A stretch of DNA of 64,000 bases from an uncultured candidate division Zixibacteria bacterium (GCA_963668625.2 CAXXKA010000006.1:576001-640000), one strand, 5' to 3'. Positions 27,615 through 38,706 are shown, counted from the stretch's first letter. Numbers and translations: made by a program. The notes: generated from the sequence alone by a model not told the origin.

Positions 27615-30548
27615 ATGAAGCGATTGCTAACTGTTTGTATTACAGTAGCGCTCCTTTTACCCAACGCCTATAGTCAGGATGAGGATTATCCCCTGATAAG
27701 CGATTATGTTCATTTTCAATCACTCGAGCATAATTCAGGGGAGATCAGTATGTCCGTGACTAGCTATGGTGTGCTGGGTTCATATGCGAAAGACAGGTTC
27801 GATTCGGAAACGGGCCAGCCTGCCGTCTCACTCGAATATCCATCCGGGTTGGAATTGAACATTCTATATATGGGAGCTCTTTGGATCGGTGGCGTAGTAG
27901 AGGATACTCTTCAGCCGGGGCATCTCGATACACTCGTTTCCATAGGTGATGATGGCTGGTGGTACGATGTCAACGAGTTCTCGGCCGGAGATGGCTCGGA
28001 TGAGATTATCCATCGCGAGCAGCGAGACGCCGATCAGGAGATAGTGACAGCTTATTATGATACGCTTATCGAGAGAGTCCATCCCGATCCCATCGATGAG
28101 CGAGATCATTTGCCGTTGGGATTGAAAGTCACCCAACATAGCAGCTCATGGAGCTCGAGAGGTTACGATGAATTCATTATCGTAAATTATAGCATAGAAA
28201 ATATATATGACAGGGATGTCTCGAATGCTTATATCGGGATTCTTTTAGATAGCGAAATCGGCCGCCTGACAAATTATCCCGGCGGTTGGTGGATTGGCTC
28301 TGATGATCTTGGCGGGTACTTGCATTATCACGATAAGCCCGTAGTTTGGCTGGCCGATAATGACGGTGATCCGAGGAGTGACGGATATCGTGAGAATTCG
28401 CCGGATAATGTAGTTGGAATGATGTTGCTTGGCTTCTCCGGAGATGAGACTCGGTTAAGCTATAATTGGTGGATATCGAATTCAGAATCGGAGTACGACT
28501 GGGGACCACAACTGCAGGCCAACTATGATATCTGGGGTGATTTTGGCGGCGGCGGCAAGGGGACTCCCGGCGGCGATATCTCGAGATATCAGCTTATGTC
28601 TAACGGCGAGATCGATTACGACCAGGTTTACTGCGGCTTAGACTGGACCGAGGCGGGCTGGATCGAAAACAGCAGTTCACCGAATGATATTGAAGCTGAA
28701 GGGCATGATAATCTGTGCATATTGTCGGTAGGGCCATTCGATCTCGAGGCCGGTAGCGTGGAGAGTTTGACGGTAGCTTTCGTGGCGGGGCGCTCACTGC
28801 ATCGCAATACGGATAATTTCGAGACCTATCTCGAGGGACATACCGAAGATTCGCTTTCTATCGCCGCATATTATAACAATTTGGATTTCACCGCTTTATA
28901 CGCCAACCTCGATACGGTGCTGGCTTATTACGAATCAGGTTGGGAGAACATTCCAATCGGCGCTCCGGAGGAATTCAGGATATCTGCCTGGAACACTAAT
29001 AGTATCAAACTCAGTTGGCAAGCTCACGGCCATCGGATGTTAAACGGGTATAATATATATAGAGGAACGGAACCCGGCAGCTATGAGCCGGTACCTATTA
29101 CACCTGAAAGCTATAACGATACGATGTTCGTTGATTATGACGTATCCGATAATACAACGTACTACTATATTATTCGTTCGGAAAATATATCCGGTATAGA
29201 GGGCGGCTTATCCGGTGAGATTTCAATCAATACCGGCCAACCGCAAACACCATCGGGATTGAATATAATCGCCGGTAATAGAAGGGTGGATTTGGAATGG
29301 CTGCCTAACAGTGATGATGATCTGGCGGGCTATATAATTATGAGTAGTAGCAGCCATCAGGATACATTCGCGGTTCTGGATACGGTTTTAACTAATTCTT
29401 ACTCGGAGAGTAATCTTCTGAATGGCGTAAAATACTATTATAAGGTGCTGGCTATAGATGAGTATAGTAACGTTTCGTTTGCCTCGGATTCCATCCACGC
29501 CATACCGATGGCGTTCGATTCGGGGATTATGTTTATCAATGCCAATCGCAGTGAATGGAGTTATAATCCGGATTATGATTCTATGCTCGTGTTTTACGAA
29601 CAAATACTCGAGGGCTACCCGCACATGATAGCCTACGAGTGCCCGGAGGATTTAAGCCAGCTTTCACCGTATTCGACTATAATATGGTGTAAGGAACTTA
29701 TCGCGGGGCGATTTTATTTCGAGGCTCCCCTTCAAGATTACAGGGATTTATTCGCCGATTATCTCGATGCGGGTGGGCAATTGATATTGGCCGGTACGCG
29801 AATCTCGAGCCGTTTGAACAGCAACTACCCCCGTGAATTTTATGAAGAGGAATTTCAGCGCAAGTACTTAAACCTTCTCTCCATATCATACCCGGAATAT
29901 ATTAATAACGAGTTTCTTGGCGGATTCGGTATAAGCGAGGATTATCCTGACTTTTTCGTGGATACCGAAAAAGCCAATCGTATGACCTGGCCCGAACCGA
30001 ATGAGACCGGCAGATTGTTCGGAGTCGGGGCATTCGAACCGGCGGATACCTCGGAAGTGATTTACTATTTCAATGCCGTATCGCCGGATACCTCCGATTT
30101 GCATATCAGGCCGATAGGTTTAATACATGCCACCGATACGTTTAAAGTCGCCCTGCTGGAATTCCCTCTATACTATATGGATAATCTGGCGGCGAATGAG
30201 TTTATCGATAATCTATTGAATCAATTCGAGACCCGTGTAGAAATAGTCGATTTTAACGCGCCTATCCCGGAGATCGTGGATTTGATGCAGAATTACCCCA
30301 ATCCGTTCAATTATCGTACCGAGATTCGTTACTTCCTGCCTGCCGATATGAGGGTTAGGCTGGAGGTGTTCGATATTCTAGGCAGAAGTATTATCACATT
30401 AGTTGATGAGCAACAATCGGGTGGTTTGCATTCGGTCAGTTGGGATGGCAAAAACTCCGAGGGTGTTCCGGCAACCTCGGGAATCTATTTCTACCGTCTT
30501 ACCACCGGCGAGAGTATTACCGCCAGACGCATGGTATACCTTAAATAG
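27615..30548 (+). CDS. Large secreted protein with two FN3 domains and a C-terminal sorting domain
   Basis: Signal (AYS|QD), GYNIYR...YYY FN3 patterns, QNYPNPFN C-terminal domain. Confidence 0.8.
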   Translation: MKRLLTVCITVALLLPNAYSQDEDYPLISDYVHFQSLEHNSGEISMSVTSYGVLGSYAKDRFDSETGQPAVSLEYPSGLELNILYMGALWIGGVVEDTLQPGHLDTLVSIGDDGWWYDVNEFSAGDGSDEIIHREQRDADQEIVTAYYDTLIERVHPDPIDERDHLPLGLKVTQHSSSWSSRGYDEFIIVNYSIENIYDRDVSNAYIGILLDSEIGRLTNYPGGWWIGSDDLGGYLHYHDKPVVWLADNDGDPRSDGYRENSPDNVVGMMLLGFSGDETRLSYNWWISNSESEYDWGPQLQANYDIWGDFGGGGKGTPGGDISRYQLMSNGEIDYDQVYCGLDWTEAGWIENSSSPNDIEAEGHDNLCILSVGPFDLEAGSVESLTVAFVAGRSLHRNTDNFETYLEGHTEDSLSIAAYYNNLDFTALYANLDTVLAYYESGWENIPIGAPEEFRISAWNTNSIKLSWQAHGHRMLNGYNIYRGTEPGSYEPVPITPESYNDTMFVDYDVSDNTTYYYIIRSENISGIEGGLSGEISINTGQPQTPSGLNIIAGNRRVDLEWLPNSDDDLAGYIIMSSSSHQDTFAVLDTVLTNSYSESNLLNGVKYYYKVLAIDEYSNVSFASDSIHAIPMAFDSGIMFINANRSEWSYNPDYDSMLVFYEQILEGYPHMIAYECPEDLSQLSPYSTIIWCKELIAGRFYFEAPLQDYRDLFADYLDAGGQLILAGTRISSRLNSNYPREFYEEEFQRKYLNLLSISYPEYINNEFLGGFGISEDYPDFFVDTEKANRMTWPEPNETGRLFGVGAFEPADTSEVIYYFNAVSPDTSDLHIRPIGLIHATDTFKVALLEFPLYYMDNLAANEFIDNLLNQFETRVEIVDFNAPIPEIVDLMQNYPNPFNYRTEIRYFLPADMRVRLEVFDILGRSIITLVDEQQSGGLHSVSWDGKNSEGVPATSGIYFYRLTTGESITARRMVYLK

Positions 30549-30599
30549 GCCTATTCCTATAATTTTTAACGATTTAAGCCACTATAGCATGTCTTTTAT

Positions 30600-30626
30600 T
30601 AAATGACTTTTGCTATGAGCCGATAT
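30600..30626 (+). promoter_or_regulatory. sigma28 (FliA) promoter of motAB
   Basis: TAAA-15 nt-GCCGATAT. Confidence 0.8.
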
Positions 30627-30656
30627 ACTTAACAGGATTGGAGTTAATGTAAAGTT

Positions 30657-31418
30657 ATGGATATCGCAACTCTAGGCGGATTAGTAATAGGTGTAGGCGC
30701 GATTATTGTCGCGTTTTTAATGGAGGACGGCCAGCTAACGGCGTTGTTCCATCTGCCGGCAATGATTATAGTGGTAATGGGCGCACTGGGCGCAGCCACT
30801 GTGACCACCTCGCTGAGCACACTGAAAAATATTCCGCGTCTGCTGAAAATCGCCTTCAGGCCGCAAAGTTTCGACCTGGTTGGTTTGATAGATAAAATAG
30901 TCGAGTTGGCCGAAAAAGCCCGTCGTGAGGGCATATTGGGTTTGGAGAAGAATTTCGAGCGAGCGGAAAATCCGTTTTTTAAAAAAGCCATACAGCATGT
31001 CATCGATGGTACCGAGGTGACGCAGCTTCGTAATATACTGGAAACGGATATGGTTTATACCAGCGACAGGCATAAGACCGGTATATTGTTCTTCCAGAAA
31101 TTAGGCGGTTTTTCGCCAACTATGGGCATTATAGGTACAGTGCTGGGATTGATACACGCGCTCTCACAGGTCGATGAACCCTCGCGTATTGCCGGGGCCA
31201 TTGCCGGAGCTTTCATAGCCACCCTGTGGGGAATCGCGCTGGCAAACCTGTGCTACCTGCCTATAAGCGATAAACTCAGATTCAGACATCAGCAAGAGGC
31301 CAAGAGTTACGAGCTGATATTGGAAGGCATGGTTGCCATTCAGTCGGGAGAAAGCCCGCGCTATATAAGGAACAAGCTCTTATCATTCATAACTCCTGAA
31401 CATCGAAACAATAATTAA
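30657..31418 (+). CDS. motA: Flagellar stator MotA
   Basis: ARREGILGLE, PTMGIIGTVLGLI, AFIATLWGI. Confidence 0.93.
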   Translation: MDIATLGGLVIGVGAIIVAFLMEDGQLTALFHLPAMIIVVMGALGAATVTTSLSTLKNIPRLLKIAFRPQSFDLVGLIDKIVELAEKARREGILGLEKNFERAENPFFKKAIQHVIDGTEVTQLRNILETDMVYTSDRHKTGILFFQKLGGFSPTMGIIGTVLGLIHALSQVDEPSRIAGAIAGAFIATLWGIALANLCYLPISDKLRFRHQQEAKSYELILEGMVAIQSGESPRYIRNKLLSFITPEHRNNN

Positions 31419-31429
31419 GCGGGGCGCTC

Positions 31430-32200
31430 ATGTCACCACGGAGACAGACTGGTTTCGATGACGAGGAGAATCTCGATAGATGGCTTCTCACCTACGCCGA
31501 TTTGATAACTCTTCTACTGGCCTTTTTTATCGTCATGTATTCCATATCGCGTATAGATTCCGGGAAGTTCAGTGAGGTAACCAGCGCATTGACCTCGGTA
31601 TTTGCCGGGTCAAAACTCGGTATACAATCGCCGGAGGATTTGAGCTCGGAACTGGCGATCAATAAGCTACTGAACAAAGGAAATCTCGGTGTGCTGGAAA
31701 CCCAGATACAGAAAATAGCGGTTCAGCTTGATGTCGGCAAGCAGTTGAGCACCGATATGCAAGCTCGCGGGCTTATCATACATATCAGCGAATCAGCCTT
31801 TTTCGATCCGGGACAATCGGAGCTTAAAACCGGGGCAAAAATGCTTTTAGACCTGCTATCGGTTCAGCTTCTGAAACTGCCAAACCATCTGAGAGTCGAG
31901 GGACATACTGATAATATCCCTATAAATACGCCTGAATACCCCTCGAATTGGGAGCTTTCTACTGCCAGGGCTATGTCCTGTCTGCGCTACCTGGTGGATA
32001 AAATCGGGATATCTCCTCGGAAAATATCCGCCTCCGGTTACGGCCAGTATCGTCCTTTAGCTGCTAATGATACTCCCGAGGGGCGTGCGAAAAATCGCCG
32101 AGTCGATATCGTGATACTGCATCTGGATAAATCCTATCTCGAGCCGACTGATATGAGTGATCAGGTAGTACCTGCTGCAGTGTCATCAACTGATGAATAG
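31430..32200 (+). CDS. motB: Flagellar stator MotB
   Basis: WLLTYADLITLLLAFF; OmpA-like GHTD, NWELS..RA, NRRVDI. Confidence 0.93.
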   Translation: MSPRRQTGFDDEENLDRWLLTYADLITLLLAFFIVMYSISRIDSGKFSEVTSALTSVFAGSKLGIQSPEDLSSELAINKLLNKGNLGVLETQIQKIAVQLDVGKQLSTDMQARGLIIHISESAFFDPGQSELKTGAKMLLDLLSVQLLKLPNHLRVEGHTDNIPINTPEYPSNWELSTARAMSCLRYLVDKIGISPRKISASGYGQYRPLAANDTPEGRAKNRRVDIVILHLDKSYLEPTDMSDQVVPAAVSSTDE

Positions 32201-32374
32201 CTGCCTCGAGCTTCCCCGGAGCTGACATCATTTCAGATATTTAAGAATTTTTTATATCCCCATTATGGAAAAATTTTCCTCAGCTAATTTCAGCTTGTTA
32301 TAAATCGTATTGATGAATATCTGTAAGTGTATATGTATTAGTCTGTTAATATTGTGCTCCGAGACCGGCTCTTT

Positions 32375-32390
32375 TGGCACGGCAGTTGCT
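32375..32390 (+). promoter_or_regulatory. sigma54 promoter of the flgB operon
   Basis: TGGCAC-GGCAG-TTGCT; palindrome GGAAAAATTTTCC at 32267-32279. Confidence 0.85.
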
Positions 32391-32412
32391 TTACATATGA
32401 TCGGGTAAGACT

Positions 32413-32823
32413 ATGATAATAAAAGATCAAGTAATAAACAAGGTCGGCATCCCGGTTCTAAAGAACTTGATGCATATCACATCGACCTCGCAGAAGTTAA
32501 CCGCGGCAAATGTAGCCAATGTAGCGACTCCGGGCTTCCAGAGCAAGTCGCTGGATTTTCAGGCCGAGATGCAAAAAGCAATGGGCAAGCAGAAAATAAA
32601 ACTCGAGACAACCAATGCTCGTCACATGCCACCGGCGAACGCGCCTAAAGGTATCGAGATAGTCAAGGATCCCGATGATATCAATTCCTCGGGTATCAAT
32701 AATGTCGATATCGATAAGGAGATGGCCACGGTAGCGGAAAACCGGATACTTTATGCCTATGGTTCCAGGATGTTAGCGAGTAAATTCAATTCGTTAAAAA
32801 GTGTTATCAGGGGTAAAACATAA
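32413..32823 (+). CDS. flgB: Basal-body rod protein FlgB
   Basis: ANVANVATPGF, NNVDIDKEM. Confidence 0.9.
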   Translation: MIIKDQVINKVGIPVLKNLMHITSTSQKLTAANVANVATPGFQSKSLDFQAEMQKAMGKQKIKLETTNARHMPPANAPKGIEIVKDPDDINSSGINNVDIDKEMATVAENRILYAYGSRMLASKFNSLKSVIRGKT

Positions 32824-33320
32824 TGTTGAAAGGGATATTTTCAATACTGGATCTGGGCGCATCGGGGCTTTCATCCCAGCGTAAGCAGCTAAACGCGGTT
32901 GCCCAGAATATTGCGAACGTGGAGACTACGCGTACCGAGGACGGCACTCCTTATAAACGCAAACGGGTAGTATTCTCCGAGGATTCACAGAAAGCAACTT
33001 TCGTCGATATGTTTAAAAGTAACATAAAACGATTAACCCGCACGCACGCCAAACATCAGGAAAACGATACGATCAGGTCGGGGCATGACGGTAAAATACC
33101 GTTCGTGGACGGCGAGGAGATCGAGGTCGAGCCGGAATCATTCAAGATGGTACATGACCCTAGCCATCCCGATGCCGATGAGAATGGTAACGTGATGCTG
33201 CCGGATATAAATGTCATATCCGAGATGGTGGACATGCTGGCGGCTACACGCGCTTATGAAGCGAACATCAGTGTGATTAATTCGGCGAAAGATATGGCAA
33301 AGGATGCATTAGATATTTGA
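32823..33320 (+). CDS. flgC: Basal-body rod protein FlgC
   Basis: NIANVETT, PYKRK, DPSHPDAD, RAYEAN. Confidence 0.93.
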   Translation: MLKGIFSILDLGASGLSSQRKQLNAVAQNIANVETTRTEDGTPYKRKRVVFSEDSQKATFVDMFKSNIKRLTRTHAKHQENDTIRSGHDGKIPFVDGEEIEVEPESFKMVHDPSHPDADENGNVMLPDINVISEMVDMLAATRAYEANISVINSAKDMAKDALDI

Positions 33321-33345
33321 TAAATTGACTTAGGAGCAAGCAAGT

Positions 33346-33639
33346 ATGAGAGTCGATTCAGTAGGTATTTACAACAACAGAGGCCTGGTACAGAACAAAG
33401 CCAACAATAACGTACCGCCTAAAAGTGTCGGGAAAGCAAAAACACAACCCGCCGCGGAACCTCAAAGAGCGCAAAAGCTGGATTTCACGAAATTAGCTGA
33501 AAATATCAATCAGCTTTCCAGCGCAGAGTTAAATCAAATCAATAAACTTTTCGGGCAGGTCGACCTGGACGCGCTCAAAGGCGCTGATAACAGTAAGGTC
33601 GATGATAGTCCCGGACAATTCGTTGATATTATCGTATAG
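33346..33639 (+). CDS. Hypothetical flagellar-operon protein
   Basis: AGGAG RBS; fills the flgC-fliE gap; ends GQFVDIIV. Confidence 0.7.
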   Translation: MRVDSVGIYNNRGLVQNKANNNVPPKSVGKAKTQPAAEPQRAQKLDFTKLAENINQLSSAELNQINKLFGQVDLDALKGADNSKVDDSPGQFVDIIV

Positions 33640-33641
33640 CC

Positions 33642-33950
33642 ATGACTAGGATATTACCAGGTTATGCCAGGCAGGTTGTTCCGGATTTTGCCACGCTTGG
33701 CCCGAAACAGCCCCAGGAAGAGAAATCCGATCTCAGTTTTCCGGGAATATTCAAGGAAATGATTAACAACACCAACGATCTGCAGCATCAAGCGGCCGAT
33801 ATAGCCGAACGATTCGCTCTTGGCGAGGTCACCGATATACATGATGTCATGATTGCAGCAGAGGAAGCCGGAGTGGCTATGGAATTGGTTATGGAAATTC
33901 GCAATAAGCTGGTGGATGCTTACCAGCAGATGATGCGTATGGCGGTATAA
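33642..33950 (+). CDS. fliE: Hook-basal body protein FliE
   Basis: DIHDVMIA...EIRNKLVDAYQQMMRM. Confidence 0.93.
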   Translation: MTRILPGYARQVVPDFATLGPKQPQEEKSDLSFPGIFKEMINNTNDLQHQAADIAERFALGEVTDIHDVMIAAEEAGVAMELVMEIRNKLVDAYQQMMRMAV

Positions 33951-33953
33951 ATT

Positions 33954-35495
33954 ATGTTCAAGGACTACGTAAATAAAATCAAATCCAAATTGATACCCTG
34001 GTGGAACAAGATGCCCTCATCCAGAAAAATTATTCTGGTGGGATCTATTGCGGCCGTCATTTTCCTATTCTCATACTTATCTTCAGTAGCTTTAAAAACC
34101 GATTATACGGTTTTATATCGCAATATCGAAACCGCCGAGGCCGGTGAGATTATCGATTATCTGGCCGAACAGAAAGTTCCTTATAAGCTTTCCGAGGGCG
34201 GCACGGCTATCCTGGTACCTTCCGGAAATATTCATCAAATTAGAATGGAGCTTGCCTCTGCCGGTTTACCTAAAACAGGCGTAGTCGGCTATGAGATATT
34301 CGATCAAACTAATCTCGGTATGACCGAATTCCTGCAGAAAGTGAATTATCGGAGAGCCCTGGAGGGTGAGCTTTCCAAAACCATATCACGGCTGGAGGAA
34401 ATCAAAAGCGCCAGGATTCACCTCGTGATTCCCGAGCAACGTTTATTCAAAGAGGATAAGCAGGACCCGACCGCCTCGGTAGTACTGTACCTCAATCGAA
34501 ATGTTCCGCTTGCGCAGCGACAAATCGAGGGTATCATCTACCTAGTAGCATCATCCGTGGAGGGGCTGACCACCGATAATATCACTATACTCGACTCATC
34601 GGGAAAACTACTTTCCAACAAGCAAAGCCAGAACAAACTGGCGTCGATATCATCCAGCCAGTTGGAGCTTCAGAAAAACGTAGAAATTTACCTTCAAGAA
34701 AAAGCCCAGTCGATGATGGATCAGGTGTTGGGACGGAACAAATCTATCGTGAGAGTCGCAGCCTCGTTGAATTTCGACCAGGCCGAACAAACGATAGAAC
34801 AGTACGATCCCGATAATATCGCCGTTCGTTCAGAGGAGATAAGTGAGGAAAAAGGATCCGAATCCGACGCTGATACACCCGAGAACAAACGTGAAACAAA
34901 TAATAGCAAAAAGAACACTATTCGTAACTATGAGGTAAATAAGTCGATAGAGCATTTGGTTAACCAGGTGGGTAATATCACGAGACTTCATATTTCAGTT
35001 TCTTTCGACGGCACTTACGAAATGGTTAAAGGCGCGGATGGTAGTACCGAACGTCAATATATACCGCGCTCCTCCGAGGAATTGGACAAATTGATTGCCC
35101 TTGTGAAAGGCTCGGTTGGTTTCTCCGAGGATCGCAACGATATATTGGAAGTCGCGAATATTCCTTTCGAGACGGTTCAGGATGATTGGGAGGAGAAGCA
35201 GCGGCTGAGACAGGAGGAGCAGATACAATACTGGGTAAACATGGGGATCAGGCTTGCAGTAGTTAGTATCCTGGTATTCGTGCTTCTTAAATTGAGAAAG
35301 AAATATAACGAATGGCAACAGCGTAGAGCGGCTCACAGGAGATTCCTCGACGCTCAGGCAGAGATACAACGTAAAGCGGCGGAGATAATACCGAAAGTTT
35401 CGCGGGAACCAAAGCTGATAGACCATCTCCGTCAAATGGCCGATGATAACCCCGAGGAGATTGCCAAAGCTATTAAAACTTTGATGGTGGAGTAG
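33954..35495 (+). CDS. fliF: MS-ring protein FliF
   Basis: GYEIFD, RALEGEL..TI, ASSVEGL, NYEV, two TMs. Confidence 0.93.
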   Translation: MFKDYVNKIKSKLIPWWNKMPSSRKIILVGSIAAVIFLFSYLSSVALKTDYTVLYRNIETAEAGEIIDYLAEQKVPYKLSEGGTAILVPSGNIHQIRMELASAGLPKTGVVGYEIFDQTNLGMTEFLQKVNYRRALEGELSKTISRLEEIKSARIHLVIPEQRLFKEDKQDPTASVVLYLNRNVPLAQRQIEGIIYLVASSVEGLTTDNITILDSSGKLLSNKQSQNKLASISSSQLELQKNVEIYLQEKAQSMMDQVLGRNKSIVRVAASLNFDQAEQTIEQYDPDNIAVRSEEISEEKGSESDADTPENKRETNNSKKNTIRNYEVNKSIEHLVNQVGNITRLHISVSFDGTYEMVKGADGSTERQYIPRSSEELDKLIALVKGSVGFSEDRNDILEVANIPFETVQDDWEEKQRLRQEEQIQYWVNMGIRLAVVSILVFVLLKLRKKYNEWQQRRAAHRRFLDAQAEIQRKAAEIIPKVSREPKLIDHLRQMADDNPEEIAKAIKTLMVE

Positions 35496-35496
35496 T

Positions 35497-36522
35497 ATGA
35501 TTGCAAAAGATATCGCCTTAGAAGATTTAACCGGCGCTCAAAAATCCGCGATACTGATTCTGGGACTGGGTGCGGAGGTAGCTTCTAAAGTCCTGAAAGA
35601 ATTAAGCGAGATGGAAATCGAAAGGGTAACCGTTGAACTTGCGAACCTGCAGGATATCTCGCCCAAGCTAGAGGAAGTCGTGGTAAAGGAATTTTCGGAG
35701 GTCATAACCGCCCAACAATATATCAACCAGGGTGGAGTAGAATACGCCAAGAACCTTCTGGAAACAGCGGTAGGTCGTCAAAAAGCGGTCGAGATTTTAA
35801 AACGACTCGAGGGCTCTTTGAAAACAACCGGATTTGCCCGGATAAAAAATATCGACGCCAAGCAGTTGGTCAATTTCATACAGCATGAACATCCCCAAAC
35901 AATCTCGTTGATTCTTACGCAACTGGCGCATTCCCAGGCCGCGCAGGTGCTTTCGGAACTAGATCCCGAATTGCAATCGGAAGTTTCTTTGCGAATGGCC
36001 ACGATGGAAAAGATTTCGCCGGAGATTATCGGTGAACTGGAGGGAGTGCTCGAGGGGCAGTTCGAGGAGGTCGGAACTCGTGACCTGTCAATATCCGGTG
36101 GTACGAAGACTGTTGCCGAGGTATTGAACCTGATGGAGACCTCAGCCGAGAAGTCGATTCTGGAGACTATCGAGGCTGAGAATCCCGAACTGGCCGCGGA
36201 AATCAAAAACCTGATGTTCGTCTTCGAGGATGTAATTCTTCTCGACGATCGTTCGGTTCAGCGCGTGCTCAAGGATGTCGAAACGAAAGACCTGGCGATA
36301 TCGCTTAAGGCGGCCAGCGAGGAAGTTAAAGATAAGATATTCAAGAATGTCTCGGAACGTGTTGCCGCAATGATTCGTGAGGAGATCGAATTCATGGGGC
36401 CGATGCGTTTAACCGATGTCGAATCGGCGCAGCAGCGAATAGTCGAGACTATCAGAAGATTGCAGGATGAGGGACAGATTATTATTGCCGGTCGAGGCGG
36501 TAAGGAAGAATTAGTTGTCTAA
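35497..36522 (+). CDS. fliG: Motor switch protein FliG
   Basis: GGVEYA, EHPQTI, MFVFED, GPMRLTDVE.AQ. Confidence 0.95.
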   Translation: MIAKDIALEDLTGAQKSAILILGLGAEVASKVLKELSEMEIERVTVELANLQDISPKLEEVVVKEFSEVITAQQYINQGGVEYAKNLLETAVGRQKAVEILKRLEGSLKTTGFARIKNIDAKQLVNFIQHEHPQTISLILTQLAHSQAAQVLSELDPELQSEVSLRMATMEKISPEIIGELEGVLEGQFEEVGTRDLSISGGTKTVAEVLNLMETSAEKSILETIEAENPELAAEIKNLMFVFEDVILLDDRSVQRVLKDVETKDLAISLKAASEEVKDKIFKNVSERVAAMIREEIEFMGPMRLTDVESAQQRIVETIRRLQDEGQIIIAGRGGKEELVV

Positions 36523-37369
36523 TAAACTTATAAAAAGATATAAGTATATCGACAGCGGCACGGTTAAAATCGTAGGTCCAAAAAAGCTATTCAAAAACGC
36601 CCAATACACTTCTCCCGAATATGATCAGTTTTACGAGGATCATCCGGACTACAAGGCAAAAAAAGAACCGCAACCACAGTCGGACGTATCCGAATCGGAT
36701 AGCGAGGTGACATCTGGTGCAAATGTCGGAGCACGAACTACCGATTCGCCAGGCCCCGAACCCGAAGTAAACATACAAGCAGGCGCTATGGATACCGGCT
36801 CATCCTTTCGCGAGGATGAGAAGCAGGCTTTAGAGGAACAACTGAAAAGCCAATATGATGCTCAATTGCTCGGTGAAAAGCAGAACTCTCGCAACGAGGG
36901 TTTTCAAGAGGGGAAACAGGCCGGATTGGCCGAAAGCGCGGCTGAGATCAAACGTCTTACGACACTGGTACAATCAATTCAGACCGAATTCCAGAGCGCT
37001 GCGAGCAAGTTTTTCGATGAGGTCGAGAAGCTTACCATGGATATGTCGGTGTACCTCGCCAAGAAAATAGTGGGCGAGGCCGTATCGGTAGTGCCTGATA
37101 TCATTCGTACGAATGTCGATAAATGCGTTAAGCTGTTGGCCGGATCCGGTACGGCTCAGATCAAGATAAATCCAAACGATTATGATACGATCAAAGGTCA
37201 TATCCCCAACCTGGAACAACAAACCGGGGATAAATTCACTTTCGTTCTGGAACCGGATAACAAAATCGAACGCGGCGGTTGTATGGTAGAGTTCGATGGC
37301 TCATCGATTGATGGCAGGATACAAACACAGATCGAGAAAATTCAGAAACAGATGGAGATGATTACCTGA
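36515..37369 (+). CDS. fliH: Export protein FliH
   Basis: GxxxG repeats, INPND, GGCMVE...IDG; start uncertain. Confidence 0.8.
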   Translation: MSNKLIKRYKYIDSGTVKIVGPKKLFKNAQYTSPEYDQFYEDHPDYKAKKEPQPQSDVSESDSEVTSGANVGARTTDSPGPEPEVNIQAGAMDTGSSFREDEKQALEEQLKSQYDAQLLGEKQNSRNEGFQEGKQAGLAESAAEIKRLTTLVQSIQTEFQSAASKFFDEVEKLTMDMSVYLAKKIVGEAVSVVPDIIRTNVDKCVKLLAGSGTAQIKINPNDYDTIKGHIPNLEQQTGDKFTFVLEPDNKIERGGCMVEFDGSSIDGRIQTQIEKIQKQMEMIT

Positions 37370-38706
37370 TGCTGGCAATAAAAGAGAGAGCTGAAAAAAT
37401 AAAAGGGATTATAGATTCCGTCCAGACCATAAATCAAACCGGCGTGGTAAAGCGCGTTATCGGCATCGTTATAGAGGCCAGCGGGCCCAAACTGAATGTC
37501 GGCGACCAGGTCAGTATCAAAACACCGTCAGGGGAGGTTGCCGGCGAGGTTGTCGGTTTTAAGGATAACAGTATTTTCCTGATGCCGCTGGGCGAGATGA
37601 CAGGAATCGGACCCGGCGCGGCAGTCGCTGCCAGTGGCAAACAATTAGTTGCCCCGGTCGGCCCGGAATTGCTAGGCAGGGTAATAGACGGTCTGGGTAA
37701 TCCGATAGATAACGGCCCTCCGTTACTGTGTACGCAGACGAGACCCCTGGCGGGGAATTCGCCCTCACCGATGGATAGGAAACGCATCTCGGAACCATTG
37801 GAGACGGGCATTCGCGCCATCGATAGTTTCCTGACCATGGGGCAGGGACAGCGAGTAGGCGTATTCGCCGGATCGGGTGTCGGCAAGAGCGTGCTCATGG
37901 GCATGATCGCCAGGTCATCCTCGGCTGATGTCAATGTGATCGGGCTGGTAGGTGAACGCGGTCGTGAGGTACGGGATTTTATCGAGAAAGATTTAGGTCC
38001 CGAGGGCATGAAACGCTCGGTTATCGTGGCGGTTACCTCGGATGAGTCGGCATTACTGAGGATCAAAGGTTTGATGATGGCGACTACGATCGCCGAATAT
38101 TTCCGCGATCAGGGTAACAAAGTCGCTTTGATGATAGATTCGCTGACACGCGTGGCTATGGGGCAGCGCGAGATCGGGCTATCGATCGGCGAGCCGCCGA
38201 CTACGCGCGGCTACACGCCATCGGTGTTCGCCCTGTTCCCGAAATTGCTGGAACGCGCCGGGCAATCCAAAGATGGAAGTATTACGGGTTTCTATACCGT
38301 GTTGGTGGAGGGTGATGATTTATCGGAGCCGATCAGCGATGTCGCCCGGTCTATTCTCGATGGTCATATAGTTCTGTCTCGCGATCTGGCCTCCAAATAT
38401 CACTACCCGGCCATCGATGTACTCGGATCGATTAGCCGTTTGATGACGGATGTCGTCTCGGATGAGCATCGCGATATTGCCGCGAAATGCAGAACGCTGA
38501 TGGCCGACTATCGCGACGCCGAGGATCTGATTAATATCGGCGCCTACGTGAAGGGATCATCGAAGAAGATAGATTTCGCGCTGGAGAGAATCGATCAGTT
38601 GAACTCATTCTTGAAACAGAATGTTGGCGACAGTAGCAGCTTACCGGAATCGCTGGCGAAACTGAAACAGATTATAAATATCCAGGAAAATAATGAAGAA
38701 GTTTAA
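37369..38706 (+). CDS. fliI: Flagellar export ATPase FliI
   Basis: FAGSGVGKS, GERGREV, DSLTR, LDGHIVLSR. Confidence 0.95.
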   Translation: MLAIKERAEKIKGIIDSVQTINQTGVVKRVIGIVIEASGPKLNVGDQVSIKTPSGEVAGEVVGFKDNSIFLMPLGEMTGIGPGAAVAASGKQLVAPVGPELLGRVIDGLGNPIDNGPPLLCTQTRPLAGNSPSPMDRKRISEPLETGIRAIDSFLTMGQGQRVGVFAGSGVGKSVLMGMIARSSSADVNVIGLVGERGREVRDFIEKDLGPEGMKRSVIVAVTSDESALLRIKGLMMATTIAEYFRDQGNKVALMIDSLTRVAMGQREIGLSIGEPPTTRGYTPSVFALFPKLLERAGQSKDGSITGFYTVLVEGDDLSEPISDVARSILDGHIVLSRDLASKYHYPAIDVLGSISRLMTDVVSDEHRDIAAKCRTLMADYRDAEDLINIGAYVKGSSKKIDFALERIDQLNSFLKQNVGDSSSLPESLAKLKQIINIQENNEEV

